From assembly GCA_965232515.1 (NCBI GenBank), contig CBDDPY010000002.1, positions 6,592,001 to 6,656,000 of the forward strand: a stretch of DNA of 64,000 bases, read 5' to 3'. The notes under the pieces are model-generated. The model worked only from the letters and a program-made list of their open reading frames with translations, made no database searches and was not told the DNA's origin. The first letter of the stretch is position 1, and each line of letters begins with the position of its first letter. This DNA is from Alphaproteobacteria bacterium (GTDB lineage: Bacteria > Pseudomonadota > Alphaproteobacteria > GCA-2731375). A program made the position numbers and the translations under genes. Below are positions 28,100-37,647 of this stretch, in pieces.

Positions 28100-29080
28100 T
28101 CAGATGTCGCGCGGGTTGAGGCCGAGATGCATCAGGATGTCGCCCGTCGGCATCAGCGGCCCGCAATTGATCGCCAGCACGATGCCGGCATGCGGACTGC
28201 GCGGTTCCTCGACGACATCGCCGAAGACGTCGAAATAGCGGCCCAGCACCGTGCCTTCCTCGATCCGCTGGCCGCAGGCGACGGCCGGTTGGAACAGGCC
28301 GCCGCGCGTGGCGTTGATCCAGGCGAAGGTCGAGAAGTCGTATTGCGGCCCGTAGTCGGTCACGTCGCCCGCCAGCATGCCGAGATGCCGCATGACGTTG
28401 CGCAGCCGCTCGGCCGCGTCCGTCACGGTCTCGCGGTCGAAGGCCTGGCCGATGCCGCCGGCCTCGATGATGAAGCTCGGGATGCCGTCCTTCGCCGCCG
28501 TCATCAGCGCCGAGCCGCCGAGGATGTCCATCGGCGCCGGCAGTGTGCTCTTGTAGCCGAAGGCGCGCGCGATGCCGGCGCCCTTGTCGCCGACCTCGCC
28601 CTCGGCATTGGCGTAGAGCGCCCAGCGCACGTCCACCGTCAGCGCCGTGTGGATGTCGATCAGATAATCGGCGTGCTGCTTCATGTGGCCGTAAACGATG
28701 TGGGCCATCTGCTCGGTCAGCGAGCCGTCCGGCTTGCCCGGGAAACAGCGGTTCATGTCGCCGTAGCCGAAGGCCTCGAACGGGCTCACGCGCTGGTTGC
28801 GCTGAAAGCCGGTCAGGTTCAGCACCGGCAGCGCGATGATGGTGCCGTCGAGCGCGTCCGCGTCGACGGTGCGCAGCACCTCGTGCAGGATAAAGGTGCC
28901 GCAATACTCGTCGCCATGCACGCAGGCCTCCATCCACAAGGTGGGGCCGTCGCCCTTGCCGCGCAGGATCACGACGGGAATGTTGATCGGCGCGCCGTCC
29001 GGCATGTCGGCGACATGCAGGTCGCCCTTGGCGATGCCGGTGGAAGTTGAGACCGCGGTCCCGATCCTGATGTCGTCCAT
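28100..29080 (-). CDS. M14 succinylglutamate desuccinylase/aspartoacylase family deacylase, copy 2
   Basis: VHGDEYCG, DMNRCFPG, IDIHT, IEAGG. Confidence 0.85.
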   Translation of the reverse strand: MDDIRIGTAVSTSTGIAKGDLHVADMPDGAPINIPVVILRGKGDGPTLWMEACVHGDEYCGTFILHEVLRTVDADALDGTIIALPVLNLTGFQRNQRVSPFEAFGYGDMNRCFPGKPDGSLTEQMAHIVYGHMKQHADYLIDIHTALTVDVRWALYANAEGEVGDKGAGIARAFGYKSTLPAPMDILGGSALMTAAKDGIPSFIIEAGGIGQAFDRETVTDAAERLRNVMRHLGMLAGDVTDYGPQYDFSTFAWINATRGGLFQPAVACGQRIEEGTVLGRYFDVFGDVVEEPRSPHAGIVLAINCGPLMPTGDILMHLGLNPRDI

Positions 29081-29130
29081 GCTGTTTTTCCCTACCGTTG
29101 CCTGTTGCTGTTGATGGTTTTGTCGGACGT

Positions 29131-29994
29131 TCACACCCGCATGATCTTGCGCAAGCCGACCAGACGCTCGACGATCAGGCCGAGCGCGATGATCAGCAGG
29201 ATCTGCACCGTGGTAATGGCGGCTACTACCGGCGTGCTTTCCCACTGCATGTACGAGAAGATCTCGATCGGCAGCGTCGTGCGCCCCGGCCCGGACAGGA
29301 ACAGCGCGATATAGACGTCGCCGAACGAGACGATGAAGGCGAAGATCAGCGCCGACAGCAGGCCGGGCGCGATCAGCGGAATGACCACCTCCCACAGCGT
29401 GCGCAGGCGCGAGGCGCCGAGCGTCATCGCCGCCAGCTCCAACTGTGCGTCGACGCCTTCCAGGCTGGCGATGATGCCGGCAATGGTGAACGGCAGGCAG
29501 ATCACGATATGACCGACGATCAGCCCGCCCAGTTCCGGGAACGGCACGATAGTCAGCGCCAGCAGCAGCGAGATGCTGATCAATATGTGCGGAATCATGA
29601 TCGGCAGCAGGGCCAGCGACTGTCCGGCCTCGCGCCGACGGCCGAGGAAACGCACGATGCCATAGGCCGTCAGGAACCCGATCACGGTGGCGCCGACGGC
29701 AGCGATGGCGCCCAGCCATAGGCTGAACTTGAAGGCGTCGACGAAGCCGCCGCTCTCCATGAACTTGGCGTACCAGCGCAGCGAAAACCCGGTCGGCGGG
29801 AAAGAGTTGGATTCGGTCGGGTTGAACGAGGTGAAGATGATGATCACGACAGGCGCCAGCAGGAACACGTAGATCACCGTCACCAGCGCGCCCATGGCAT
29901 AGCGGCCGGCGGCGGGCGTGGCGAACCGCAACGGTCGGCCGTGCAGGCCGACTCCGGGCGCCGCCGACAGACCGGCTGTGCGGTCAGCCGGCAC
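29131..29994 (-). CDS. PotC-like ABC permease
   Basis: GFSLRWY, LELAAMTLGAS, TTLPIEIF; GTG start after GGAGG (start uncertain). Confidence 0.85.
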   Translation of the reverse strand: MPADRTAGLSAAPGVGLHGRPLRFATPAAGRYAMGALVTVIYVFLLAPVVIIIFTSFNPTESNSFPPTGFSLRWYAKFMESGGFVDAFKFSLWLGAIAAVGATVIGFLTAYGIVRFLGRRREAGQSLALLPIMIPHILISISLLLALTIVPFPELGGLIVGHIVICLPFTIAGIIASLEGVDAQLELAAMTLGASRLRTLWEVVIPLIAPGLLSALIFAFIVSFGDVYIALFLSGPGRTTLPIEIFSYMQWESTPVVAAITTVQILLIIALGLIVERLVGLRKIMRV

Positions 29995-30832
29995 GGCGAC
30001 GGCCTCCACGGAAGTACAGGAAGATGATGCTGAACTGGCACAGCACCAGGATCGAGGCGACGGCCGACGCGAACGGCCAGTTCAGCGTCGACAGCACCAG
30101 GTCGTAGATCGTCTGGCCCAGCATCTGCACGTTCTTGCCGCCCAGCAGGGCCGGCGTGACCACGGCGCCGGCGGTCAGCGTGAAGACCAGCGCCGAGCCC
30201 ATCAGGATGCCTGACCGGCTGAGCGGCAGCGTCACCTCGAAGAAGGTGCGCCAACGGCCGGCGCCGAGCGTCGCCGCCGCTTTCTCGACATTCGGGTCCT
30301 GGCCCGCCAGTGACGAGAACAGCGGGAACACCATGTAGGGCATCAGGATATGGACCAGCGCGATCAGCACCGCCAGCTCGGTCTCCAGGATCTTCACCGG
30401 CCGGTCGACCAGGCCTAGCCACAACAGCGTCGTGTTGACCGTGCCCTGCGCGCCCAGCAGCACGATCCAGCCATAGGTGCGCACGATGACGCCGGTCATC
30501 AGCGGCGCGATCACCAGGAACATCAGCACGCCGCGCCAGACGCTGCGCGTGCGGGCCAGGAAATAGGCCAGCGGATAGCCCAGCAGCAGGCTGAACAACG
30601 CGGTCAGCCCGGCGATCTTCAGCGTCCGCAAAATGATGGCGCGGTAATAGTCCTCGCCCAGCAGGCGGGCGAAGTTCTCGCCCGTCACCATCGGCTCGTA
30701 GAGCTCCATGGGCGAATAGCGAAACACGCTCATCATCAGGAAGAAGCTGATCGGCGCCAGCAGGAACAGCAGATAAAGCACCGTGATCGGCGCGAACAGC
30801 GCCCGACCGAAATTGCCGATCCGCTCCTGCAC
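29984..30832 (-). CDS. PotB-like ABC permease
   Basis: GYPLAY, VRTYGW, VEKAAATLGAG, NWPFASA. Confidence 0.87.
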   Translation of the reverse strand: MQERIGNFGRALFAPITVLYLLFLLAPISFFLMMSVFRYSPMELYEPMVTGENFARLLGEDYYRAIILRTLKIAGLTALFSLLLGYPLAYFLARTRSVWRGVLMFLVIAPLMTGVIVRTYGWIVLLGAQGTVNTTLLWLGLVDRPVKILETELAVLIALVHILMPYMVFPLFSSLAGQDPNVEKAAATLGAGRWRTFFEVTLPLSRSGILMGSALVFTLTAGAVVTPALLGGKNVQMLGQTIYDLVLSTLNWPFASAVASILVLCQFSIIFLYFRGGRRRAG

Positions 30833-30833
30833 C

Positions 30834-31934
30834 TCAGGCCTCCTTCGGCAGGACCCGGCAGTCCTGCAGATCGACCCAGACCGCCGCGTCGGGACCGATG
30901 TCGCGGTAGCGCGCGACGCTCGGCTTCGACGCGACCAGCTCATGGCCGTTCTCGGTGCGCAGCGTGAAGGCCAGCAGATCGCCCGAGAACACGCGCTTGG
31001 TCACGGTCGCCGGCACCGCGCCGTTGCCGGGCGGCGCCGTCGCCACGTCGACCCGCTCGGGCCGCACCATCAGATAGACCTTGTCGCCGCTGCGCGCGCC
31101 GCCGCCCGGCATGCGCGCCGGATAGCGGCCGCCGACCGCGGCGTCGACCACGGCCTCGCCGTCGGTCACGTCGGCGACGACGCCCTCGATCAGGTTGGCT
31201 TCGCCGATGAACTCGGCGGCAAACCGCGTGGCCGGGCTGTCATAGAGTTCTTCCGGACTGGCGACCTGCTCGATCCGGCCCTGGTTCATCAGGATCACCC
31301 GGTCCGACATCTCGAAGGCCTCGTCCTGATCGTGCGTGACGAAGACCGTGGCGATGCCGAGCCGTTGCTGGATCTCGCGCAGGTCCAGGCGCATGCGCTT
31401 GCGCAGCACCGCGTCCAGATTCGACAACGGCTCGTCCAGCAGCAAGAGCGTCGGCTCGATCACCAGCGCCCGGGCCAGCGCCACCCGCTGCCGCTGGCCG
31501 CCGCTCAACTGGTCCGGATAGCGCTGTTCGACGCCGGGCAGGCCGACCACGTCCAGCATGCGCCCGACCCGGTCCCTGATCTCGTCCTTGGGCAGCCTGC
31601 GCATGCGCAGCCCGAAACCGACATTGTCGAAAACGGACTTGTGCGGAAACAGCGCATAGTTCTGGAACACCAGACCCATGTCGCGGTGCTGCGGATCGAG
31701 ACGGGTGATGTCGCGTTCGCCGAACCGCAGCGTGCCCTCGTCGGGAAACAAGAGGCCGGCGATGATATGCAGCGTCGTCGTCTTGCCGCAGCCCGACGGG
31801 CCGAGGAGGGTGAGCAGCTCACCCTCCATCACGTCGATATCGACGGGACCGACGCCGAGCGCGCTGCCATAGCGCTTCAGTACGCCGCGCAGCTCGAGCG
31901 TCGCGTTCGGCATCGTCGCCCCCGTCACCGTCAT
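30834..31934 (-). CDS. PotA-like ABC ATP-binding protein
   Basis: GPSGCGKTT, FQNYALFPH, LSGGQRQR, VTHDQDEA, TOBE-like tail. Confidence 0.9.
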   Translation of the reverse strand: MTVTGATMPNATLELRGVLKRYGSALGVGPVDIDVMEGELLTLLGPSGCGKTTTLHIIAGLLFPDEGTLRFGERDITRLDPQHRDMGLVFQNYALFPHKSVFDNVGFGLRMRRLPKDEIRDRVGRMLDVVGLPGVEQRYPDQLSGGQRQRVALARALVIEPTLLLLDEPLSNLDAVLRKRMRLDLREIQQRLGIATVFVTHDQDEAFEMSDRVILMNQGRIEQVASPEELYDSPATRFAAEFIGEANLIEGVVADVTDGEAVVDAAVGGRYPARMPGGGARSGDKVYLMVRPERVDVATAPPGNGAVPATVTKRVFSGDLLAFTLRTENGHELVASKPSVARYRDIGPDAAVWVDLQDCRVLPKEA

Positions 31935-31941
31935 CGGCCGT

Positions 31942-33033
31942 TCAGCCCGCGACCACCTCCTTGTCCCAGCGCGACTTGATCTGGTCGCGATAGGCGAACA
32001 TGGCCAGATAGTCGAACTCGCGCTGGATCTTGCCGAAGGCCGCGACCTCGGCCTCGGTCATTTCCAGCTTCTTCAGGTCGGACGGCAGGTTGCCCATGGC
32101 CTGCGTGCTGGTCGGCGGATAGCCGGTCAGGCGCGAGAAGGCGATCTGCCGCTCGGGGTCCAGCGTCGCATCGACGAACTTGTAGGCCAGCTCCATGCTG
32201 TCTGCCGGCCGGTTGTTGATGATGGACGTGTTGAAGATGAAGCTGAGCCCGCCTTCCTCGGGAACCACGAACTCGACCGGGGCGCCGGCGGCGGCCGCCT
32301 TTTCCGTGCGGGCGCCGAAATGCGGACAGACCCAGACCTCTTCCGACAACAGCATTTGGTGCGTGTGCTCGACGTTGTTGATCGTGGCCGCCTTGTTCTT
32401 GGTGTACAGGTCCTTCAGCTTGGCGATGCCCGGATCGATGTTGTCGGGCGTACCGCCGTTCAGCTGATTGATGGCGTGGAACACTTCCTGGCCCATCCAG
32501 CCCCAGGCCGGGAAGGCGACCTTGCCGGCCAGCTCCGGATCCCACAGGTCGGCCCATTTGGTGATCGGCTTCTTGATGCGTTTGGTGTTCACCGCCAGGC
32601 CATAGGGCGTGTGGATCTTGCCGGCGAGATGCGAATAGCGGAACGCCGGATGGATATGCTTCAGGTTCGGGATCTTGTCCTCGGTCCATTCGACGACGGC
32701 GTCGAGCGCGCCGAGCTGGCTCGAGGTGTTCTGGTTCTGGTGGATCAGATCCCATTGCGGCCGGCGGCGCTGCGCGATCACCAGCGGCTCGAAGCCCAAT
32801 CCCATCTTCCAGATGATCTTGGCATCGGTGCTGGCCTCGAACGGCTTGCCGAAGGAGTTGTTGAACCACTCCTGCCAGGTGCCGCCGGGGAACAGGATGC
32901 GCAGCTCGCTGGCGGCGGCCTCGGCGGGGCCCGCGCCCATGGCGGCGACCGCCGCCAGGCCGGCGCCCGCGCCGGCGGTATGACTCAGGAACTCACGCCT
33001 GTTGAACGAACGCCTGTTGTCCTTGTCGCTCAT
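31942..33033 (-). CDS. Tat-exported PotD-like substrate-binding protein
   Basis: NRREFL twin-arginine signal; KIPNL, WADLWDPELAGKV, PEEG. Confidence 0.85.
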   Translation of the reverse strand: MSDKDNRRSFNRREFLSHTAGAGAGLAAVAAMGAGPAEAAASELRILFPGGTWQEWFNNSFGKPFEASTDAKIIWKMGLGFEPLVIAQRRRPQWDLIHQNQNTSSQLGALDAVVEWTEDKIPNLKHIHPAFRYSHLAGKIHTPYGLAVNTKRIKKPITKWADLWDPELAGKVAFPAWGWMGQEVFHAINQLNGGTPDNIDPGIAKLKDLYTKNKAATINNVEHTHQMLLSEEVWVCPHFGARTEKAAAAGAPVEFVVPEEGGLSFIFNTSIINNRPADSMELAYKFVDATLDPERQIAFSRLTGYPPTSTQAMGNLPSDLKKLEMTEAEVAAFGKIQREFDYLAMFAYRDQIKSRWDKEVVAG

Positions 33034-33108
33034 TTTTTCCTCCCGTCTGTTTTGGTCGTTGGTCGTCTTACGCGGGGAGCGACGATGTCCGGTCCTGTCT
33101 GTTGCTCC

Positions 33109-33945
33109 CTAGGCCAACGGTTCTCTCTGTTCTGACGCGGCTACGTCATCCGGATGGTCCGGACGGCATGCGCCTGCGCCCATGTCGGACCAGCCACGCC
33201 AATGCGGATCGCCGGCCCGCCGGCCGATGCGGACGGCCTGGCTGACCAGCCGCGCGACCATGCGCTCCTTCTCGTCGTCGAACCGGGTATTGGTCGGATA
33301 GGACAGGCAAAACCCCAGGGTCTGCTGCCCGTCGCCGGCGCCGACCGCCGTGCCGACGGCGCCGAAGCCCGTGAAGGTGCGTTCCGCCGACTCGGCCCAG
33401 CCCTCTATCCGTGCCGCCTGCAGCTCCCGCAGAAGCTGCTTGATCGGCATGTCCAGATGCGTTGTCTCGTAGTGCAGCTCCGGCGGATGCATTCCGACCA
33501 CCGTCGCGTCGTCCATCCGCGCCAGCAGCGCCTTGCCGATCGCCGTGGTGAAGGCCGGCACGCGATAGCCCGGCTCCAGGATGAAGCGCACGGGGTACGA
33601 ACCCTGCCGCACCCGCAGGATCACCACGTCAGTGCCGTCAAGCACGCCGATATAGCCGGTCAGGCCGAACTCGGCGACCAGCTCCTCGACCGCCGCCTCG
33701 ACCAGATCGAGGATCTGCAGATGCGCCTGGTACAGCGTGCCCAGCCGGAAGGCGAGCGGGCCGGGCCGATAGGTCCGCGTTTTGCGATCCTGCTCGACCA
33801 GACCGTGATGCAGCATCTCCTTCAGCAGCCGCGTCACCGTGCTCTTCGGCATGTCCAGCCGGCGGGCCACGTCCGACACGCGCAGCTCCGGCCGCTCCGA
33901 GGCGAAGCACTGCAGGATGTCGATGCCGGATGTCAGCGAGCTCAT
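33109..33945 (-). CDS. IclR family transcriptional regulator
   Basis: HTH DVARRLDMPKSTVTRLL; GYRVPAFTTAIGKALLA. Confidence 0.9.
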   Translation of the reverse strand: MSSLTSGIDILQCFASERPELRVSDVARRLDMPKSTVTRLLKEMLHHGLVEQDRKTRTYRPGPLAFRLGTLYQAHLQILDLVEAAVEELVAEFGLTGYIGVLDGTDVVILRVRQGSYPVRFILEPGYRVPAFTTAIGKALLARMDDATVVGMHPPELHYETTHLDMPIKQLLRELQAARIEGWAESAERTFTGFGAVGTAVGAGDGQQTLGFCLSYPTNTRFDDEKERMVARLVSQAVRIGRRAGDPHWRGWSDMGAGACRPDHPDDVAASEQREPLA

Positions 33946-33961
33946 GATCCCGAATTTCCGA

Positions 33962-33982
33962 TTGTTCCAGTATATGGAACAA
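33962..33982. promoter_or_regulatory. Palindromic operator upstream of the IclR gene
   Basis: TTGTTCCA-GTATA-TGGAACAA, perfect 8-bp arms in an AT-rich patch. Confidence 0.65.
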
Positions 33983-34230
33983 GGTAATATATATGGTACG
34001 CACCTCGCGACATCGGCGTCAATGCCGACGTCGCGTCTGCTCGTGTTGTCTCCGCATATTTTGAAAACCGGCGACGACGATCTGTGCGATCATTCGTCGT
34101 CGTCTGGACGTCGGCCCAAATGGCCGCGTCGGACGAACCCGTTTCAGTCAAAGCTTGGTCGGTTGCGTGTGGTGGCGTGCGCGTGCGTGCTTGCGAGTCG
34201 CGACAGCCGTTGTCCAGGGAGGAGACCGAG

Positions 34231-35631
34231 ATGGCGACATGGCAACCCGATCCGACCTTTTATCCCTCACCCCGCATGGCGGCGAAGGCGCCGCATGAAA
34301 CACTGGCCTATGTGGCGGCGTTCGATCCCGAGCGCCAAAGGCCCGACGCGATCGCCGCGGTCGACGTCGACCCGAATTCGTCCGCCTATGGACAGATCGT
34401 CGGCCAGACCGAGATGCCCAACGCCGGCGACGAGCTGCATCACTTCGGCTGGAACGCCTGCAGTTCCTGCCTCTGCCCGAACGCGCCGCATCCGCATATG
34501 GAACGACGGTACCTGGTGGTGCCGGGCCTGCGCTCGTCGCGCATCCACATCCTCGACACCAAGCCCGATCCGAGGCGGCCGGAGATCGTCAAGGTGATCG
34601 AGCCGGAGGAGGTGGCCGAGAAATCAGGCTATACCCGGCCGCACACCATTCACTGCGGCCCGGAAGGCATCTACGTGAACGCGCTCGGCAATGCCGATGG
34701 CGGCGCGCCGGGCGGCATCTTCCTGATGGACGCCGAGAACTTCGACGTGCGCGGGCGCTGGGAAGTCGAACGCGGCCCACAGCAGCTGGCTTACGATTTC
34801 TGGTGGCACCTGGGCTACGACACCATGGTGACCAGCGAATGGGGCACGCCGGACACCTTCGAGGACGGCCTGATCCCGGAGGTCCTGCTCGGCAGCAAGT
34901 ACGGCCGGCGTCTGCACTTCTGGGACCTGCACAAGCGCTGCCACCTGCAGGAAATCGATCTCGGCGAGGAGCAGCAGCTCGTCTTCGAGCTGCGCCCGGC
35001 GCACGACCCGACCAAGGCCTACGGCTTCGTCGGGGTCGTGATCAGTCTGAAGGATCTCTCGTCGTCGATCTGGACCTGGTACCGCGACGGCGATCAATGG
35101 GCGATCAAAAAGGTCATCGAGATCCCGGCCCAGCCGGCCGATCCCGACCAGCTGCCGCCGGTGCTGAAGGACTTCAAGGCCGTGCCGCCGCTCCTCACCG
35201 ACATCGACCTGTCGATGGACGACCGCTTCCTCTACGTTTCCTGCTGGGGCACCGGCGAGATGCATCAATACGATGTCTCCGATCCCTTCAAGCCCGTGCT
35301 TACCGGAAAGGTGCAGATCGGCGGCATCGTCGCCCGCGCCGGCCATCCCGGGACCGGCAATGGGCCCGGCGCGCTCAACGGCGGCCCGCAGATGGTCGAG
35401 ATCAGCCGTGACGGTCGCCGTATCTATTTCACCAACTCGCTTTACGGCGCCATCGATCCGCAATTCTATCCCGACGGCATCGACGGCTGGATGGTGAAGC
35501 TGGACGCCGGTCCGGACGGCGGCATCGAATTCGACGAGGATTTCTTCATCGCCTGGCCCGACGGCCGGCGGCCGCACCAGGTGCGGCTCGAGGGCGGCGA
35601 CTGCTCGTCGGACTCCTATTGTTATCCGTGA
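34231..35631 (+). CDS. Selenium-binding protein SBP56 / SELENBP1 (methanethiol oxidase-like), no signal peptide
   Basis: GDELHHFGWNACSSC, PHTIHC, YDFWW, GGPQM, GGDCSSD. Confidence 0.88.
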   Translation: MATWQPDPTFYPSPRMAAKAPHETLAYVAAFDPERQRPDAIAAVDVDPNSSAYGQIVGQTEMPNAGDELHHFGWNACSSCLCPNAPHPHMERRYLVVPGLRSSRIHILDTKPDPRRPEIVKVIEPEEVAEKSGYTRPHTIHCGPEGIYVNALGNADGGAPGGIFLMDAENFDVRGRWEVERGPQQLAYDFWWHLGYDTMVTSEWGTPDTFEDGLIPEVLLGSKYGRRLHFWDLHKRCHLQEIDLGEEQQLVFELRPAHDPTKAYGFVGVVISLKDLSSSIWTWYRDGDQWAIKKVIEIPAQPADPDQLPPVLKDFKAVPPLLTDIDLSMDDRFLYVSCWGTGEMHQYDVSDPFKPVLTGKVQIGGIVARAGHPGTGNGPGALNGGPQMVEISRDGRRIYFTNSLYGAIDPQFYPDGIDGWMVKLDAGPDGGIEFDEDFFIAWPDGRRPHQVRLEGGDCSSDSYCYP

Positions 35632-35652
35632 ACGGCGGGGTGAACGGTTAGC

Positions 35653-36282
35653 GTGACGGCACTCTGGCCCTGGCTGACCCTCGCCGGACTCGGCGCCTAT
35701 CACGGCCTGAATCCGGCCATGGGCTGGTTGTTCGCCGTGGCGCTCGGCCAGCACCGGCACAGCCAGCGCGTGGTGCTGACCGCCCTTCTGCCGATCGCGC
35801 TCGGCCACGCGCTCGCCATTCTTGTCGTCGTCGCGGCCGTGGTTGCCCTCGGCATCGTCATCGATCAGCAGGCCGTCCGTCTGGTCGCGGGGGTGACGCT
35901 GCTTGGCTGGGCGGTCTACCACGTCGTCTACGGCCACCGGCACCGGGTGCGCGTCGGCATGCAGGCTGGACTCGCCGGCCTGACGCTCTGGTCGTTCCTG
36001 ATGGCCACTGCCCACGGCGCCGGCCTGATGCTGGTGCCGGTGCTGATCCCGCTCTGCCTCGCGGCGACGCCGGCGCGCGAGATCACGGCCGCGGGTGCGT
36101 TGCCGGTCTCGCTTGCCGCGGTCGGCCTGCACACCGTCGCGATGCTCGCTGTCACCGGCGTCATCGCCGTCGCGGTCTACCGCTGGCTCGGCCTCGGCTT
36201 CCTGCGCCGCGGCTGGCTGAACCTCGACCTGCTCTGGACCGCCGCGCTCGCCGCCGCCGGCATCTTCCTGCTGCTGTCGTGA
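35653..36282 (+). CDS. His-rich integral membrane protein adjacent to SBP56
   Basis: About 6 hydrophobic segments; YHGLNPAMGWL, GHAL, HRH, AHGAG, LHT. Confidence 0.7.
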   Translation: MTALWPWLTLAGLGAYHGLNPAMGWLFAVALGQHRHSQRVVLTALLPIALGHALAILVVVAAVVALGIVIDQQAVRLVAGVTLLGWAVYHVVYGHRHRVRVGMQAGLAGLTLWSFLMATAHGAGLMLVPVLIPLCLAATPAREITAAGALPVSLAAVGLHTVAMLAVTGVIAVAVYRWLGLGFLRRGWLNLDLLWTAALAAAGIFLLLS

Positions 36283-36334
36283 CCGGTCGCCATGCTAGCG
36301 TGATCAACCAGCATATCGACTAGGACCCGCGCCC

Positions 36335-36730
36335 ATGATCACGATCCGCCGCGTCAATCACATCGGCATCCGCGTCGCCGACCGCGACCGTTCGATTGCC
36401 TTCTACCGGCAGTTCGGCTTCGAGCCGATCTACGAGGACGCCAACGAGCCGGTCGTCATCGTCCGCAACGCGGAGGGCGTCGAGATCAACTTCATCGTCA
36501 ATGCCGCCGACGCCAACGACGGCCGCAATATCCTGATGGACGAGCCGGTGAAATACGCCGGCTACACGCACGTGGCGCTGGACGTCGCCTCGATGGACGA
36601 CACGGTCGCCGCCCTCGACGACCTCGGCATCGCCATCAGCGACGGCCCGCTCAAGCTTGGCGACGGATACTCGTTGTTCGTGCGCGACCCCGACGCCAAC
36701 GTCATCGAGCTGCGCCAGGACGGCGCGTAG
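36335..36730 (+). CDS. VOC/glyoxalase family protein
   Basis: VNHIGIRV, THVAL, FVRDPDANVIEL. Confidence 0.88.
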   Translation: MITIRRVNHIGIRVADRDRSIAFYRQFGFEPIYEDANEPVVIVRNAEGVEINFIVNAADANDGRNILMDEPVKYAGYTHVALDVASMDDTVAALDDLGIAISDGPLKLGDGYSLFVRDPDANVIELRQDGA

Positions 36731-36740
36731 CCCCGATTTC

Positions 36741-37520
36741 TCAGTCTCGGTAGTCCGCGGCGGGCGCGTCCAGCATCCGCTTCAGGGCGTCGAAATGGTG
36801 CTCGGCGGCGGGCTTGCCGCCATATTGCGGCGACTGCCGGAAGCCGGCGACGGTCTGCTCGACGATCTCGGGCGGCAGTTCCTTCAGCGGTTTGCCGGTC
36901 CACATGGCGTAGAGCTGCACCTGCGCCACGCGCTCCAGGTAATAGAGCCGGTCATAGGCTTCGGCCACGGTCTTGCCGACGGTCAGCGCGCCATGGTTCG
37001 CCATGATCATGATCTGCTTGTCGCCCAGGACCTCGGCCAGACGTTCGCCCTCGGCCGGGTCGAAGGCCGGGCCGGTATAGATGTCGTCATAGGTCGTTCG
37101 CATGGCCACGCCGACCTCGGTCTGGCCGATCGGCAGGATGCGCGGGTCTTCCAGCCGCGCCAGCGCGCTGGCATACGGCATGTGCGTGTGCATGACGCAG
37201 GCCGCGTCCGGCAGCAGCCGGTGGATCGGCGCGTGGATGCAATAGCAGGACCGTTCGATCTCGCCTTCGCCGCTCAGCCGCTCTCCGTCATAGCTGACTT
37301 CCATGAAGCAGCTCGCCGTCACCTCGCGCCAGTGCAGCCCGAACGGGATCTGAAGATAGCGGTCGTCGGTGCCCGGCACGGCCAGCGTCAGGTGGTTGAA
37401 GATGCCTTCGTGAAAGCCGTGCATGACGGCGAGCCGATGCGCCGCTGCCAGATCGACCCGCGCCTGCCACTGGGCGCTCTCGGTATCGGCATCACTTGCT
37501 CTCAGCGTCGACACGCTCAT
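36741..37520 (-). CDS. Class II aldolase/adducin family protein
   Basis: FNHLT, IHAPIH, VMHTH, MANHG. Confidence 0.87.
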   Translation of the reverse strand: MSVSTLRASDADTESAQWQARVDLAAAHRLAVMHGFHEGIFNHLTLAVPGTDDRYLQIPFGLHWREVTASCFMEVSYDGERLSGEGEIERSCYCIHAPIHRLLPDAACVMHTHMPYASALARLEDPRILPIGQTEVGVAMRTTYDDIYTGPAFDPAEGERLAEVLGDKQIMIMANHGALTVGKTVAEAYDRLYYLERVAQVQLYAMWTGKPLKELPPEIVEQTVAGFRQSPQYGGKPAAEHHFDALKRMLDAPAADYRD

Positions 37521-37647
37521 CTCGTTGTCCTTCCTGCCTGGATTCGCCACGGTCGGCCCGTCGGCATGCTACCGGTCGTGACGTCCGTCTACAATCCCGA
37601 GGGCGACGCCCCCATATGTCAGCCATTCGGAAATGGAGGAGGACGAC

